The notes beneath the pieces are model-generated. The model worked only from the letters and a program-made list of their open reading frames with translations, ran no database searches and was not told the origin of the DNA. The position numbers and the translations under genes were made by a program. A stretch of DNA of 64,000 bases from the IMG/VR virus record IMGVR_UViG_3300017728_002360, one strand, 5' to 3'. This document shows, in pieces, positions 54,147-63,800 of this stretch. How positions within the stretch are numbered: position 1 is the first letter of the stretch; every line of letters starts with the position of its first letter. This DNA comes from a virus.

Positions 54147-54362
54147 ATAAGCATTAGTAGAGTAATTAACTACTAATTATAGTGCAAGGAAGAGGCCTTT
54201 ACCAGAAGGGTCGAACTTGACTAACCAGGGGTGGTACCCAGGCTTTACCCGGAAAACGGAGGGAGTCACATCGAAGTCACTTTCGGGGTTAGGTTGTGCG
54301 TATTAGAATGGTATTCGGGTACGTGCTTGTAGGTGTAACCAAGTCCTACCTATTTTGCTTAT
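54147..54362 (+). ncRNA. structured ncRNA (~216 nt), resembles the manA RNA motif
   Basis: 5' AUAAGCA pairs with 3' UGCUUAU, with multiple G-U-rich stems between. GGGGUGGUACCC and UUGUAGGUGUAA..UCCUAC segments recall manA RNAs of marine phages (from memory, unverified). Confidence 0.7.
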
Positions 54363-54403
54363 ACTTTCCTTTACCCATTCCCTAAACTTTGATAAATACT
54401 TGT

Positions 54404-54481
54404 GTCTATAAAGCGAGCCGCAAAATACGGCGGACTTATGCGGACATAACCGCGTAGACCTAGAACGTCAAGGAGAAAAAA
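54404..54481 (+). promoter_or_regulatory. structured 5' leader of ORF 54482
   Basis: After GATAAATA (54391-98): hairpins GCCG/CGGC and UUAUGCGG/CCGCGUAG, and GAC/GUC closing just before SD AGGAG. Confidence 0.5.
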
Positions 54482-54928
54482 ATGGGAAGACCAATTAATA
54501 AAAGATTTTTCGGAACACCAACAGCTGGTGGAAACGAAATAAAAGTAGACTTTCATAATGGCACAGCCGTTAAAGAAGGTTATATCGTAAAACAAAAAGG
54601 TTCAAAGAAATTTGTTTGTGAAGAAATCGGAACAGCAGGTGAATTTACTTGTACACTAACAACAGGTAAACTTGCAAGTGCTTTAGCGGCAGGCGAAATG
54701 GCCATTACGGTAAAAGGTGACGATAACGAAACTTATCAAATCTCTAAAATCGCAGGTAGAAAAGCTACAGTGATTGCACCAGATGGTACAGGATCAAATG
54801 CACTATCAGGAACATCATTAGCTTGGACATTTACAGCATCTGGCTCAGATGGAGCGGCGCAGATCGAAGAAGCAGGTGATGATAACACATTATCAGGTAC
54901 TGACGACGACGATTTCAGTAATGCGTAA
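54482..54928 (+). CDS. virion structural protein (head decoration-like)
   Basis: MGRPINKRFFG...GYIVKQKGSKKF; has its own late promoter and a downstream hairpin. Confidence 0.55.
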   Translation: MGRPINKRFFGTPTAGGNEIKVDFHNGTAVKEGYIVKQKGSKKFVCEEIGTAGEFTCTLTTGKLASALAAGEMAITVKGDDNETYQISKIAGRKATVIAPDGTGSNALSGTSLAWTFTASGSDGAAQIEEAGDDNTLSGTDDDDFSNA

Positions 54929-54938
54929 TTAATTTGTT

Positions 54939-54960
54939 TGTGGGGGCTTTGGTCCCCACA
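54939..54960 (+). terminator. stem-loop (terminator or processing site)
   Basis: TGTGGGGGC-TTTG-GTCCCCACA with only a weak U-tract. Confidence 0.55.
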
Positions 54961-54979
54961 ACAGTTTAAGGAAATTTAG

Positions 54980-55951
54980 ATGGCAAAGAATGTAGTAACA
55001 GACGGCGATTATAGAATCAAAACAGCAGATTCAGGTACAATCTACTTGGACACAGGTAATCAGATTGGTCAAGTTTACTTGACAGGTAATCTTGTTGTTA
55101 AAGGAACTACAACGCAAGTTGATGCAACAGACCTTGCTTTAAAAGATAATATTATTGAAGTTAACTCAGGAGAACAGGGTGCAGGTGTTACACTTGGTAC
55201 TGCTGGTATTCAAGTTGACAGAGGTAGTAAAGTAGATACACAATTTGTTTTTGATGAAAGTGTAAGTTGGAACGATCCAGTAACACAAACAATTAAACAA
55301 GGTGGATTTAAATTAAGAGATACCAATGGTGGTAACATTGGATTAGAAGTTAGAAGTATTTCAACAGGTGGTGGAGACTTATACTTAATTAATGCTGGTA
55401 CAGGTGTTGTTAGTGTAAGTGGAACTAACCAATACGAAAATCAAATTACAGACGACGATCATATTCCTAATAAAAAATATGTTGACGTTGCTATTGCGGC
55501 TCAGGTTGCCGCGGCTGACTTCCAAAAGATTAGAGATGGTGTTTCAAGTTATACACAGATGGTTGTTGCAGACTTTGAAACAACAGGACAAACTAGTGTA
55601 GCATCAATAACAGTTGAAGGTGTTACAACTGCTAATTTTTACGACAATAGAACAGAATTACACGATATAAGAATTGACGGTACAACAATTAGTACTACAA
55701 ATTCTGGAAGTGATTTAAGATTATCAGCACCAGGAACAGGCTCAGTAGTAATTGATGACCAATTACAAATTTTAACTACACCTAGCCCAGATGACGGTTC
55801 AGTAGATCCAGCACAACCAACAGATGGTTTGAAGATTTATACCAAGACTCAGGGAGTAGGTAAAACAGGCTTATATTATGTAAATAGTAATAATGTAAGA
55901 GACGAACTAATTAGTAAAAACAGATCATTGCTTTTAAGCATGATTTTTTAA
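54980..55951 (+). CDS. virion structural/fibre protein
   Basis: LKDNIIEVNSGE.GAG....AGIQVDRG and DDHIPNKKYVD fibre motifs. Confidence 0.6.
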   Translation: MAKNVVTDGDYRIKTADSGTIYLDTGNQIGQVYLTGNLVVKGTTTQVDATDLALKDNIIEVNSGEQGAGVTLGTAGIQVDRGSKVDTQFVFDESVSWNDPVTQTIKQGGFKLRDTNGGNIGLEVRSISTGGGDLYLINAGTGVVSVSGTNQYENQITDDDHIPNKKYVDVAIAAQVAAADFQKIRDGVSSYTQMVVADFETTGQTSVASITVEGVTTANFYDNRTELHDIRIDGTTISTTNSGSDLRLSAPGTGSVVIDDQLQILTTPSPDDGSVDPAQPTDGLKIYTKTQGVGKTGLYYVNSNNVRDELISKNRSLLLSMIF

Positions 55952-55960
55952 GGATAGAAA

Positions 55961-56293
55961 ATGGCAATAGCACAAGCGGCAATAGGAAATACGGACACAG
56001 TGGTACTAACAGTACCAGCAAGTACGTCTTATGCGATTACAACTGTTATGGTATGTAACCATGCAGGTTATAATAGCGGCGGAACTAACGATACGTCATT
56101 TGATTTACACTTTGTAAAGAGTGGACAAGCAAAGTCTACAACTAACATGGTTGTAAAGGAAATGCCAGTACCAGGTGGAGAAACATTTACATTTGATACT
56201 GAAAAAGTTATCTTAGAAGCAGGCGATAAAGTAACTGTATTAAGTCAAGCACCGTTGAACTTGAGTATAACTGTAAGTTATTTAGAGGTATAG
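55961..56293 (+). CDS. small structural protein (paralog of 60128..60457)
   Basis: Shares VPA...A......N, EK..L.A and SY.E with ORF 60128. Confidence 0.6.
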   Translation: MAIAQAAIGNTDTVVLTVPASTSYAITTVMVCNHAGYNSGGTNDTSFDLHFVKSGQAKSTTNMVVKEMPVPGGETFTFDTEKVILEAGDKVTVLSQAPLNLSITVSYLEV

Positions 56294-56296
56294 TAA

Positions 56297-56800
56297 ATGA
56301 GATTCCTACGTAGACAATCAACAAATGCTCGTGGCCTTTACGGACAAGATGATATCCGTAGAGATATTAACGGACAGATTGTACTTGACAGCAAAGACAT
56401 GATGATGGTTCCTAAGGGAACAGCGGCTGACAAGATTACTACACCAGCTAACGGCCATATGAGATATAACACAGATACAAATGTGTTTGAAAACTACCAA
56501 GGTGGTAGTTGGGCACCTATTAGAAGATTTGAACCAGCAACTATTGTTATGCAAAGTTTAGGCAACGGTAATGACGTTGAAACTAAATTTGGTCCATTAA
56601 ACAATGGCGACACTTATAACCCTGCTCCGGCGGCGGCACAAAATTTAATCGTACTTGTTGAAAACGTATTTCAACTTCCAACAACAAACTATACTCTAGA
56701 ACAAAACCCAGGCGGTTATGCGGCAGGATGGTATGTGGTATTTGGTACAGCAGTACCTACAGGAAAACCAGTTACAGTTCTACACAACTTTGACAAATAA
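56297..56800 (+). CDS. virion structural protein
   Basis: VPKGT.......GHMRYNTDTNVFENY.G.SW repeat shared with ORFs 57045 and 58648. Confidence 0.6.
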   Translation: MRFLRRQSTNARGLYGQDDIRRDINGQIVLDSKDMMMVPKGTAADKITTPANGHMRYNTDTNVFENYQGGSWAPIRRFEPATIVMQSLGNGNDVETKFGPLNNGDTYNPAPAAAQNLIVLVENVFQLPTTNYTLEQNPGGYAAGWYVVFGTAVPTGKPVTVLHNFDK

Positions 56801-57012
56801 TGTCCGACAACGGTATTTCACACTTAACATACAAAAGACAAAGACAAGAAGCAAAGTTAAAACTTGCGGCTGATAAACGTGCGGCAACAGGCAAAAGATC
56901 TACACTTAAAAAAGGTAATATGCCTACACTATATACACCAAGCAATAACGACTCTGGTAAACTAAAAGAAATCACAACAGGAACTTTAAAAACTGGCCGT
57001 CCTTGGACATAA
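56800..57012 (+). CDS. small basic hypothetical protein
   Basis: 70 aa, TAATG-coupled to the previous gene, ends ...GRPWT. Confidence 0.65.
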   Translation: MSDNGISHLTYKRQRQEAKLKLAADKRAATGKRSTLKKGNMPTLYTPSNNDSGKLKEITTGTLKTGRPWT

Positions 57013-57044
57013 TTTTCCGATAAATATAATTATAGGAGGGTAAT

Positions 57045-58505
57045 ATGTCCCAAGTAGCACGTATATCAGGTCCGCTATTAGCGGCTAATCTAGTAAGAAC
57101 ACAGGCAAACCTTGCGTTTGAAACTGACCTTCTATACATTGGACATCTAAATGATCGTATTGGTATTAAGACTTCTAGTCCTAGTGCTGAACTAAACATT
57201 AACGGTCAGATACACACCCCTAACATTTATAACGATCGCTTAACAGGTGGTAATCTAGAAGTTAACACCAACGGAGTTAGATCTATTGTAGGAGATATTA
57301 TTTTAAATTCTCCTGGTATAGTTCATGCAGAAAAATTAAAAACAGAGAACTTACAGTTTGATACACGAATAATAAGTTCAATGGCAAACAATGATGATAT
57401 TGTTTTTGATCCTAACCAAAGTGGTAAGGTACATTTCTTAAAAAATACAAAAGTAACAGGTAACGTTAATGCAACAGGTAACGTTGTTATTCCAGGTAAC
57501 GTAACAGTAGGTGGTAACTTTGACATAGGTAATCAATCAACTGATACAGTTGACTTTGACTTTGTTAGATTCCAACAAGACTTGGTTCCAAACAGAACAG
57601 AAGATTTATTAAATCTAGGAAGTACCACAAAACGTTGGAATGATATTAATTCAGGTATGGCAGATATCGGTGATATAAACATTGATACTAACGTTATAAC
57701 TACAAAATCTTTCAATGCTAATATGTACATTAGACCATCAGGCACTGGTGCTATTGTAGTTGAGGATTTACGTTTTAGTGCAAATGTTTTAAGTAGCACA
57801 GGATCAAATGATATAGTATTACAGCCAGGTGGAAATGATATAGGCATTACGGCAACAGGTGCTTTGAAAGTTCCAGCAGGTACAGAAGCACAAAGACCAA
57901 GTACTGCAAATGATGTGCGTTATAATACAACTACAAATTTCTTTGAATTATTTTCAACTGCATATACACCTTTGAGAGGTATATGGAGTGAAGATAGAAA
58001 CACTTATGTACTAGCAAACAATGATAACAGCTTTAGCTTTGTTACTAATTCTGCAACAAATACTACACTTACAGACCAAGGATTAGTTACAAACAAACTA
58101 ATTTCACAGAGTAACGTTACTATTGATAATGCAAATATTTCAAGTTCGGCGGCTAACCAGAACATTGTGTTTACAGCCAATGGAACAGGAACAGTTAATA
58201 TAGGTGATTTAAAAATCAACGGAAACACTATTACAAACACAGGATCAGGAGATATGGTATTCAGTACCCTTGGCACTGATTTAGGAGTTGTACAATTCGG
58301 CGGAACTGGTGGATTTCAAATACCAGCAGGTGGTGTTACTGACAGACCTATTGGACAACTAGGTATGACCAGATACAATACTGTACTAAGATACTTAGAA
58401 ACATGGGACGGAACTCAGTGGGCTAACGTGTCAGGTGCAGGTGATTCTGTAACCACAGAATATATGGAAGAATTAACTAATATCTATACCTTAGCACTAG
58501 GATAA
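57045..58505 (+). CDS. fibre-like structural protein
   Basis: N-terminus RISGPLL.ANL.R...LAFETDLLY, beta-repeat body and P.GT...RP..RYNT repeats; late promoter at 57019-26. Confidence 0.65.
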   Translation: MSQVARISGPLLAANLVRTQANLAFETDLLYIGHLNDRIGIKTSSPSAELNINGQIHTPNIYNDRLTGGNLEVNTNGVRSIVGDIILNSPGIVHAEKLKTENLQFDTRIISSMANNDDIVFDPNQSGKVHFLKNTKVTGNVNATGNVVIPGNVTVGGNFDIGNQSTDTVDFDFVRFQQDLVPNRTEDLLNLGSTTKRWNDINSGMADIGDINIDTNVITTKSFNANMYIRPSGTGAIVVEDLRFSANVLSSTGSNDIVLQPGGNDIGITATGALKVPAGTEAQRPSTANDVRYNTTTNFFELFSTAYTPLRGIWSEDRNTYVLANNDNSFSFVTNSATNTTLTDQGLVTNKLISQSNVTIDNANISSSAANQNIVFTANGTGTVNIGDLKINGNTITNTGSGDMVFSTLGTDLGVVQFGGTGGFQIPAGGVTDRPIGQLGMTRYNTVLRYLETWDGTQWANVSGAGDSVTTEYMEELTNIYTLALG

Positions 58506-58528
58506 TTCCAAAAACGATAAATACTATT

Positions 58529-58647
58529 AACATAGAACAAGACCATCTGAAGGAGAGATACCCGAAGACGTTTTATGGGACAATACTGCGGTTAACCGGC
58601 AATGCAATCAGGTTAGAGGGACAGGATCCCCGTATTAGGAGAAACAA
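58529..58647 (+). promoter_or_regulatory. structured ~120-nt 5' leader of ORF 58648
   Basis: After GATAAATA (58516-23): stem CAUAGAAC/GUUUUAUG, then a three-way junction AAUAC/GUAUU, UUAACC/GGUUAG, GGGA/UCCC abutting SD AGGAG. Confidence 0.55.
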
Positions 58648-60123
58648 GTGGCTGTAGGTCGTATATCAGGTCCGCTTTTGAAGTCCAACCTTCTGCGTAA
58701 TGGCGTGGATTTGGCATTTCAAACGGATTTACTTTATTTGGATGTTAGTAACAGTAGAATCGGTGTTAAGACTGCGACTCCTCAATACGACTTAGATATA
58801 AACGGCACCACAAGATCAACAGATTTAATTACAACAGGAACAGCATACGTAGGTAATGTTAGAATAAGTGGTAACACTATTGATTCAGTATCAGGTGATT
58901 TAAACTTAACAACTGTTGGCTCAGACAAAGTAACTTCATTAAAAACATTAGAAGTAGACGATTTAAGATTTGACACAAACGTTATTTCATCAACTGTATC
59001 AAATGCAGACATTGATATTATTCCAAACGGATCAGGTAAGGTTGATATACAAAGCGATTTAGCAGTTACAGGTAACATAGATATCACAGGAAATTTAGTT
59101 GCTGACGGTGACATTACAATTTCAGGTAACGTACAGATAGGTGATGATGATACTGATACTATTAGCATTACAGCAGGTATTACTTCAGACCTAAAACCAG
59201 ACGCAAGTGCAGTATATAATTTAGGTACTCCAACTAAAAAGTGGAATAGCATACACGCATCAGCGGCCTACATTGATGATTTACAAATAGATACAAACGT
59301 AATACAAAACACGGTATCAAACGCAGACTTAGAATTAAGAACAAACGGATCAGGATATATTATTGTTGACGACTTCTTAATGAAGGCAAACAGATTAGAA
59401 ACTGCATCTTCGGACATGGTGTTTAATCCAGGTAGCGGTGTTGTTAACGTTAATGCTACGGGCTCAGTAAGAATACCAGCAGGTACAACAGCTCAAAGAC
59501 CAAGTGTACCAGCAATTGGTATGATACGTTACAACACAACTACTGCAAAGTTTGAAGGTTATGATGGTAACTGGATTGTGTTAACAGGTGTGTATGATTT
59601 AGATGCTGACACATATATTACAGCAGAATTAACACCTGGTGCAAATGATAATACTATTAGATTTTACTCAAACGGTAATCAAATTGCTAGTATTACAGAA
59701 ACAGAATTTAATGTATCTAAATTAAACGTAGATAGCATACAAATTGACGGAAATACTATTAGTACAACTACTGCGGATACGGATTTAAACCTAATTCCGA
59801 ACGGTACAGGCGGTGTACAAATAGACAATTTCAATATCAGCGGAAGTACTATAAATAACACTAGTAGCGGTGCTACAAGTGTGTTAGACCCAGGTACTGG
59901 ATTCTTTAAAATTGAAGGTACAGATGCATTTATAGTTCCAGCTGGTACAGGTTCTCAACGTCACCCAAGTCCTGTTTTAGGAATGACACGTTGGAACACA
60001 ACAGATGGAAGACTAGAAATATATGATGGGACAGTATGGGACACAGTTGCAGGTAGTTCTGGAGCAGTTTCTCAAACAGATGCACAAAACATCGCGTTAG
60101 AATTAGTATTGAGTTTAGGATAA
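58648..60123 (+). CDS. fibre-like structural protein (paralog of 57045..58505)
   Basis: Collinear similarity with ORF 57045 over its full length; GTG start with SD. Confidence 0.65.
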   Translation: MAVGRISGPLLKSNLLRNGVDLAFQTDLLYLDVSNSRIGVKTATPQYDLDINGTTRSTDLITTGTAYVGNVRISGNTIDSVSGDLNLTTVGSDKVTSLKTLEVDDLRFDTNVISSTVSNADIDIIPNGSGKVDIQSDLAVTGNIDITGNLVADGDITISGNVQIGDDDTDTISITAGITSDLKPDASAVYNLGTPTKKWNSIHASAAYIDDLQIDTNVIQNTVSNADLELRTNGSGYIIVDDFLMKANRLETASSDMVFNPGSGVVNVNATGSVRIPAGTTAQRPSVPAIGMIRYNTTTAKFEGYDGNWIVLTGVYDLDADTYITAELTPGANDNTIRFYSNGNQIASITETEFNVSKLNVDSIQIDGNTISTTTADTDLNLIPNGTGGVQIDNFNISGSTINNTSSGATSVLDPGTGFFKIEGTDAFIVPAGTGSQRHPSPVLGMTRWNTTDGRLEIYDGTVWDTVAGSSGAVSQTDAQNIALELVLSLG

Positions 60124-60127
60124 TAGA

Positions 60128-60457
60128 ATGGCAACGTTTTTTAGAAATAAGATAGTAAAGAGTGTAGGACTAGTACCGGTAGAGATTATCGAAGTACCTG
60201 CAGGTTCTAAAGTTACTGCTATTGGTTTATCTGTGGCAAACTTATTAGATGGTAATACAAGAGTTAGTATTACTATTAAAGATGATACATCAGTTACTGG
60301 ATTTTATGTTAAAGATGTTATGATTGCTCCGAATGCCAGTTTACGTGCAATCAACGGTGGTGAAAAATTAGTTTTACCGGCGGCAAATATAGTTTATGTT
60401 ACAGCAGATCAAAATGATGCTGTTGATGTAATCTTAAGTTATGTGGAGATTGTATAA
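60128..60457 (+). CDS. small structural protein
   Basis: Paralog of ORF 55961; coupled to its neighbours. Confidence 0.6.
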   Translation: MATFFRNKIVKSVGLVPVEIIEVPAGSKVTAIGLSVANLLDGNTRVSITIKDDTSVTGFYVKDVMIAPNASLRAINGGEKLVLPAANIVYVTADQNDAVDVILSYVEIV

Positions 60458-60858
60458 TGAGTTTTAATTACGTAGGACAAGCACCATTAAGCGGTGATTC
60501 AGGCGAACGTTATTTCTACGCATTACGTAGAGACGATGATGGACAAATGTTTATTCAAAAGGTAGACATGGCATCTCCAACAGACGAAGCACAGATTAAC
60601 AGACCAGGTGGTACTGACGGTAACTATACAGAATTTCAATCAGGTGAAGACTTCTTTGAAGGTAGAAATCCAAACCACGTATTAGTTTTTGATAACTTAC
60701 TTTACGAACAAATGCGTTGGGACGACAAGAACATTTACTATTACGTAAATGCAGAGGGCGAACTAGTTTTAAGAGTTAACACAAAATACGAATATGACAA
60801 TGGTGTTTCAGGAGACCATTTAGTATTTGGAGCACCAGCAACAGGGTATAACGGATAA
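60457..60858 (+). CDS. hypothetical virion protein
   Basis: 133 aa, TAATG-coupled on both sides. Confidence 0.6.
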   Translation: MSFNYVGQAPLSGDSGERYFYALRRDDDGQMFIQKVDMASPTDEAQINRPGGTDGNYTEFQSGEDFFEGRNPNHVLVFDNLLYEQMRWDDKNIYYYVNAEGELVLRVNTKYEYDNGVSGDHLVFGAPATGYNG

Positions 60859-63800
60859 TGGCACAATTTAATCTAGCACGAATAAGATATAACTGGAAAA
60901 ACGTTTGGTTGCCAGGAGCAACGTATATCAAAGATGATATTGTACGTGAAGGTGGTAACGTTTATATTTGTATGGTTGGACACATTTCCGATCAAACAAG
61001 TTTTTCAACAGATTTAAATGCAGTTCCAGGTAAGTGGTTAAAAAATGCAGAAGGTTATGCTTGGAGAGGCAACTGGGACGTAAACACAAGATTCAAAGTT
61101 GGTGACCTATTTAAATACAACGGTGTTGTATATAGAGTTTTAGAAGAACACGTTTCAGATCAATTAGCGTCAAACGGTATTAGCGAAGACTTAGGTAAAT
61201 TAATTGGTTATGCAAAAACTCCTAACTGGAGAATTGATTGGACCAACTCAACACTTTACAAAGTTGATGACGTTGTTAAGTACGGTGGATTTTTATACCA
61301 ATGTTTAGCAGAGCATACTTCTTCAACAACAGTTGCAGGACTAGAACAAGACAGTGATAAATGGGATATAGTTTCAAGAAGTGATGACTGGAAATTAGAC
61401 TGGACAGTATCTAGTAGATATAAGAAAGATGATATTGTACGTTACGGTGGACTTATGTACAGATGTAACACAGGACACACATCTGCCTCGACAACTATAT
61501 TAGGATTAGAACAAGATTTGGCCAAGTGGGATGTCATTTGGGAAGGTATTGTTTACAAGGGTGAATGGCAAAGTAACTTAGACTCGTCAGGTATTAGATA
61601 TAGAATAGGTGACATTGTTAAGTATGGTCCAACACTATGGAAATGTAAAACATATCACAGTTCATTAACAGATTTCGACGAAGCAAAATTTGATATATGG
61701 ATGCCTGGATTAGGTTATGAAGCTGTTTGGAATAATGCGGCAGTTTACCAACCAGGAGACATTGTAATATACGGAGGATACACTTATGTATCTATGACTA
61801 ACAACACAGGAAGTCCTCCAAGTGTTACTGGTGTGTTCTATGAAGGCGAAAGTTTACAAGGTTTATATGACTGGGAGTTAATGATTACCGGTTACCAAAT
61901 GCAAGGTGAATGGGATTCAGGAGCAAATTATAAAACAGGTGATGTTGTTAGAAACAAAGGTTTTGTTTATATTGCTGTACAAGATAGTACTAACCAACAA
62001 CCAGATGCATTAGATCCAGAGTTTAGAGGATATTACGATCCAGGTTCAACTAGATCCACAGAAGGTGGAATTAGTATGTACTGGCAACTTCTAATTACAG
62101 GAACATATTACAGAGGAGAATGGTTTGCGGCACAGGCATACGTGCTTGGAGATATTGTTGTACACAAATCAACTTCTTACAAATGTATACAAGCACACGC
62201 AGGTGATGATTCAACTCTTGTTACTCCAGATCAAGATACAACAAACAGTTACTGGATAACACTAGCACAAGGTAATCCAAACAACGTAACACAATACAGA
62301 GGTGATTTAAGAACACACGATGGTACCAACCATGATAAATTATCTATTGGAAGTCCAGGACAAGCATTAAAAGTTGTTAGTGGAGTACCAGCTTGGGAAC
62401 GACTAGGTGAAGTTAACAAGGTTTACTATGTTGCAACAAACGGTAAAGATGATACAGGATTTGGTTTAACAATTTCGGCTCCATTTGCTTCAGTAAAATA
62501 TGCTACACAATATATTTTACAAGATGAGGCCAACAGAGCTCCAGCTACAATTTTTGTAGCAACAGGACTTTATGAGGAAATTACTCCTATACAAGTTCCG
62601 GCAGGTGTTGCTATTGTTGGAGATGAATTAAGAAGTACAACTATACAACCTCAAGTAGGTTACGAAACTAACGATATGTTTAGAGTTAGAAATGGTTGTG
62701 GAATAAGAAACATGACACTACAAGGTATGAGTGGTGTACTAGGAAGTGTAGACAACTATGGTGCACAGGTTCCTAACACAGGTGCTTACGTGGCACTTGA
62801 TCCAGGATCAGGACCAGCAGACACTAGTGTATGGATTACAAACAAATCAACTTATGTACAAAACGTTACAACAATAGGTACAGCCTGTATAGGAATGAAA
62901 GTTGATGGTGCGTTACACAACGGTGGTAATAAATCAATCGTAGCCAACGACTTTACACAGGTAATAAGTGACGGTATTGGTATGTGGTGTAATGCAGATG
63001 GTAAATCAGAGCTTGTATCTGTGTTTACATATTTTGCACACATAGGTTATTATTGTACAGCAGGTGGTAAGATACGTGCTACTAACGGTAACAACTCATA
63101 TGGAAAATACGGATCATTTGCAGAAGGTGAATTTTCAGGAGAAACACCTATTACTGCTACACTTAATAACAAATACTATGATGCAGAAGCACCAGTTGTT
63201 TATAACAACGCAAACCAAATCTTTGGATTAGGATTTACACACGCAGGTGAGCACTATGATGATGCTACATTTACAATTACTGGTTCAGGATCAGGTGTAG
63301 ATGTTGATAACGATTTTATTGAACAACGTAACGCAAGTATTTCTCAAATAAGAATGATGGATCCAGGTGATTCAAGTTTACCAGGTGGTAGAGGACACGT
63401 AACAGGTGTAAGAAACTCTGGACAAGGCGGATCAAACTTAGATATTACTATTGCAAACTCAGACGCAGAAACAAGTGCGGCAAAATATGTAGGTAGAGCT
63501 ATACTTACAGTAAACAATGTTTCAGGAGCAGATGCAACTAGAGTAGGTAACCCTTTAGATGCACCTTACACTTATACAAACGTTCCGGGTACATCAAACA
63601 ATCCATTTGCAAATGTTTCATTAATGAGATTTACTATTGTTGTTGATTCTGGCGGTACTTGTACAGTTACAGCAACCAACGGTGGAGACAGTTTTAGAGT
63701 TGGTGACATAATTACAGTTGCTGACCTAGACATTGGTAACTTTGGTGGAGTACCATTAACATTTGATGTTGCTACTATTAGTAAGTCAATGCAGATCTTT

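Noticed and set aside
54296-54353. Group II intron ends (GUGCG ... CCUACCUAU)
   Set aside because: The ends are only ~60 nt apart, with no domain V and no RT/maturase; better explained as part of the manA-like RNA.
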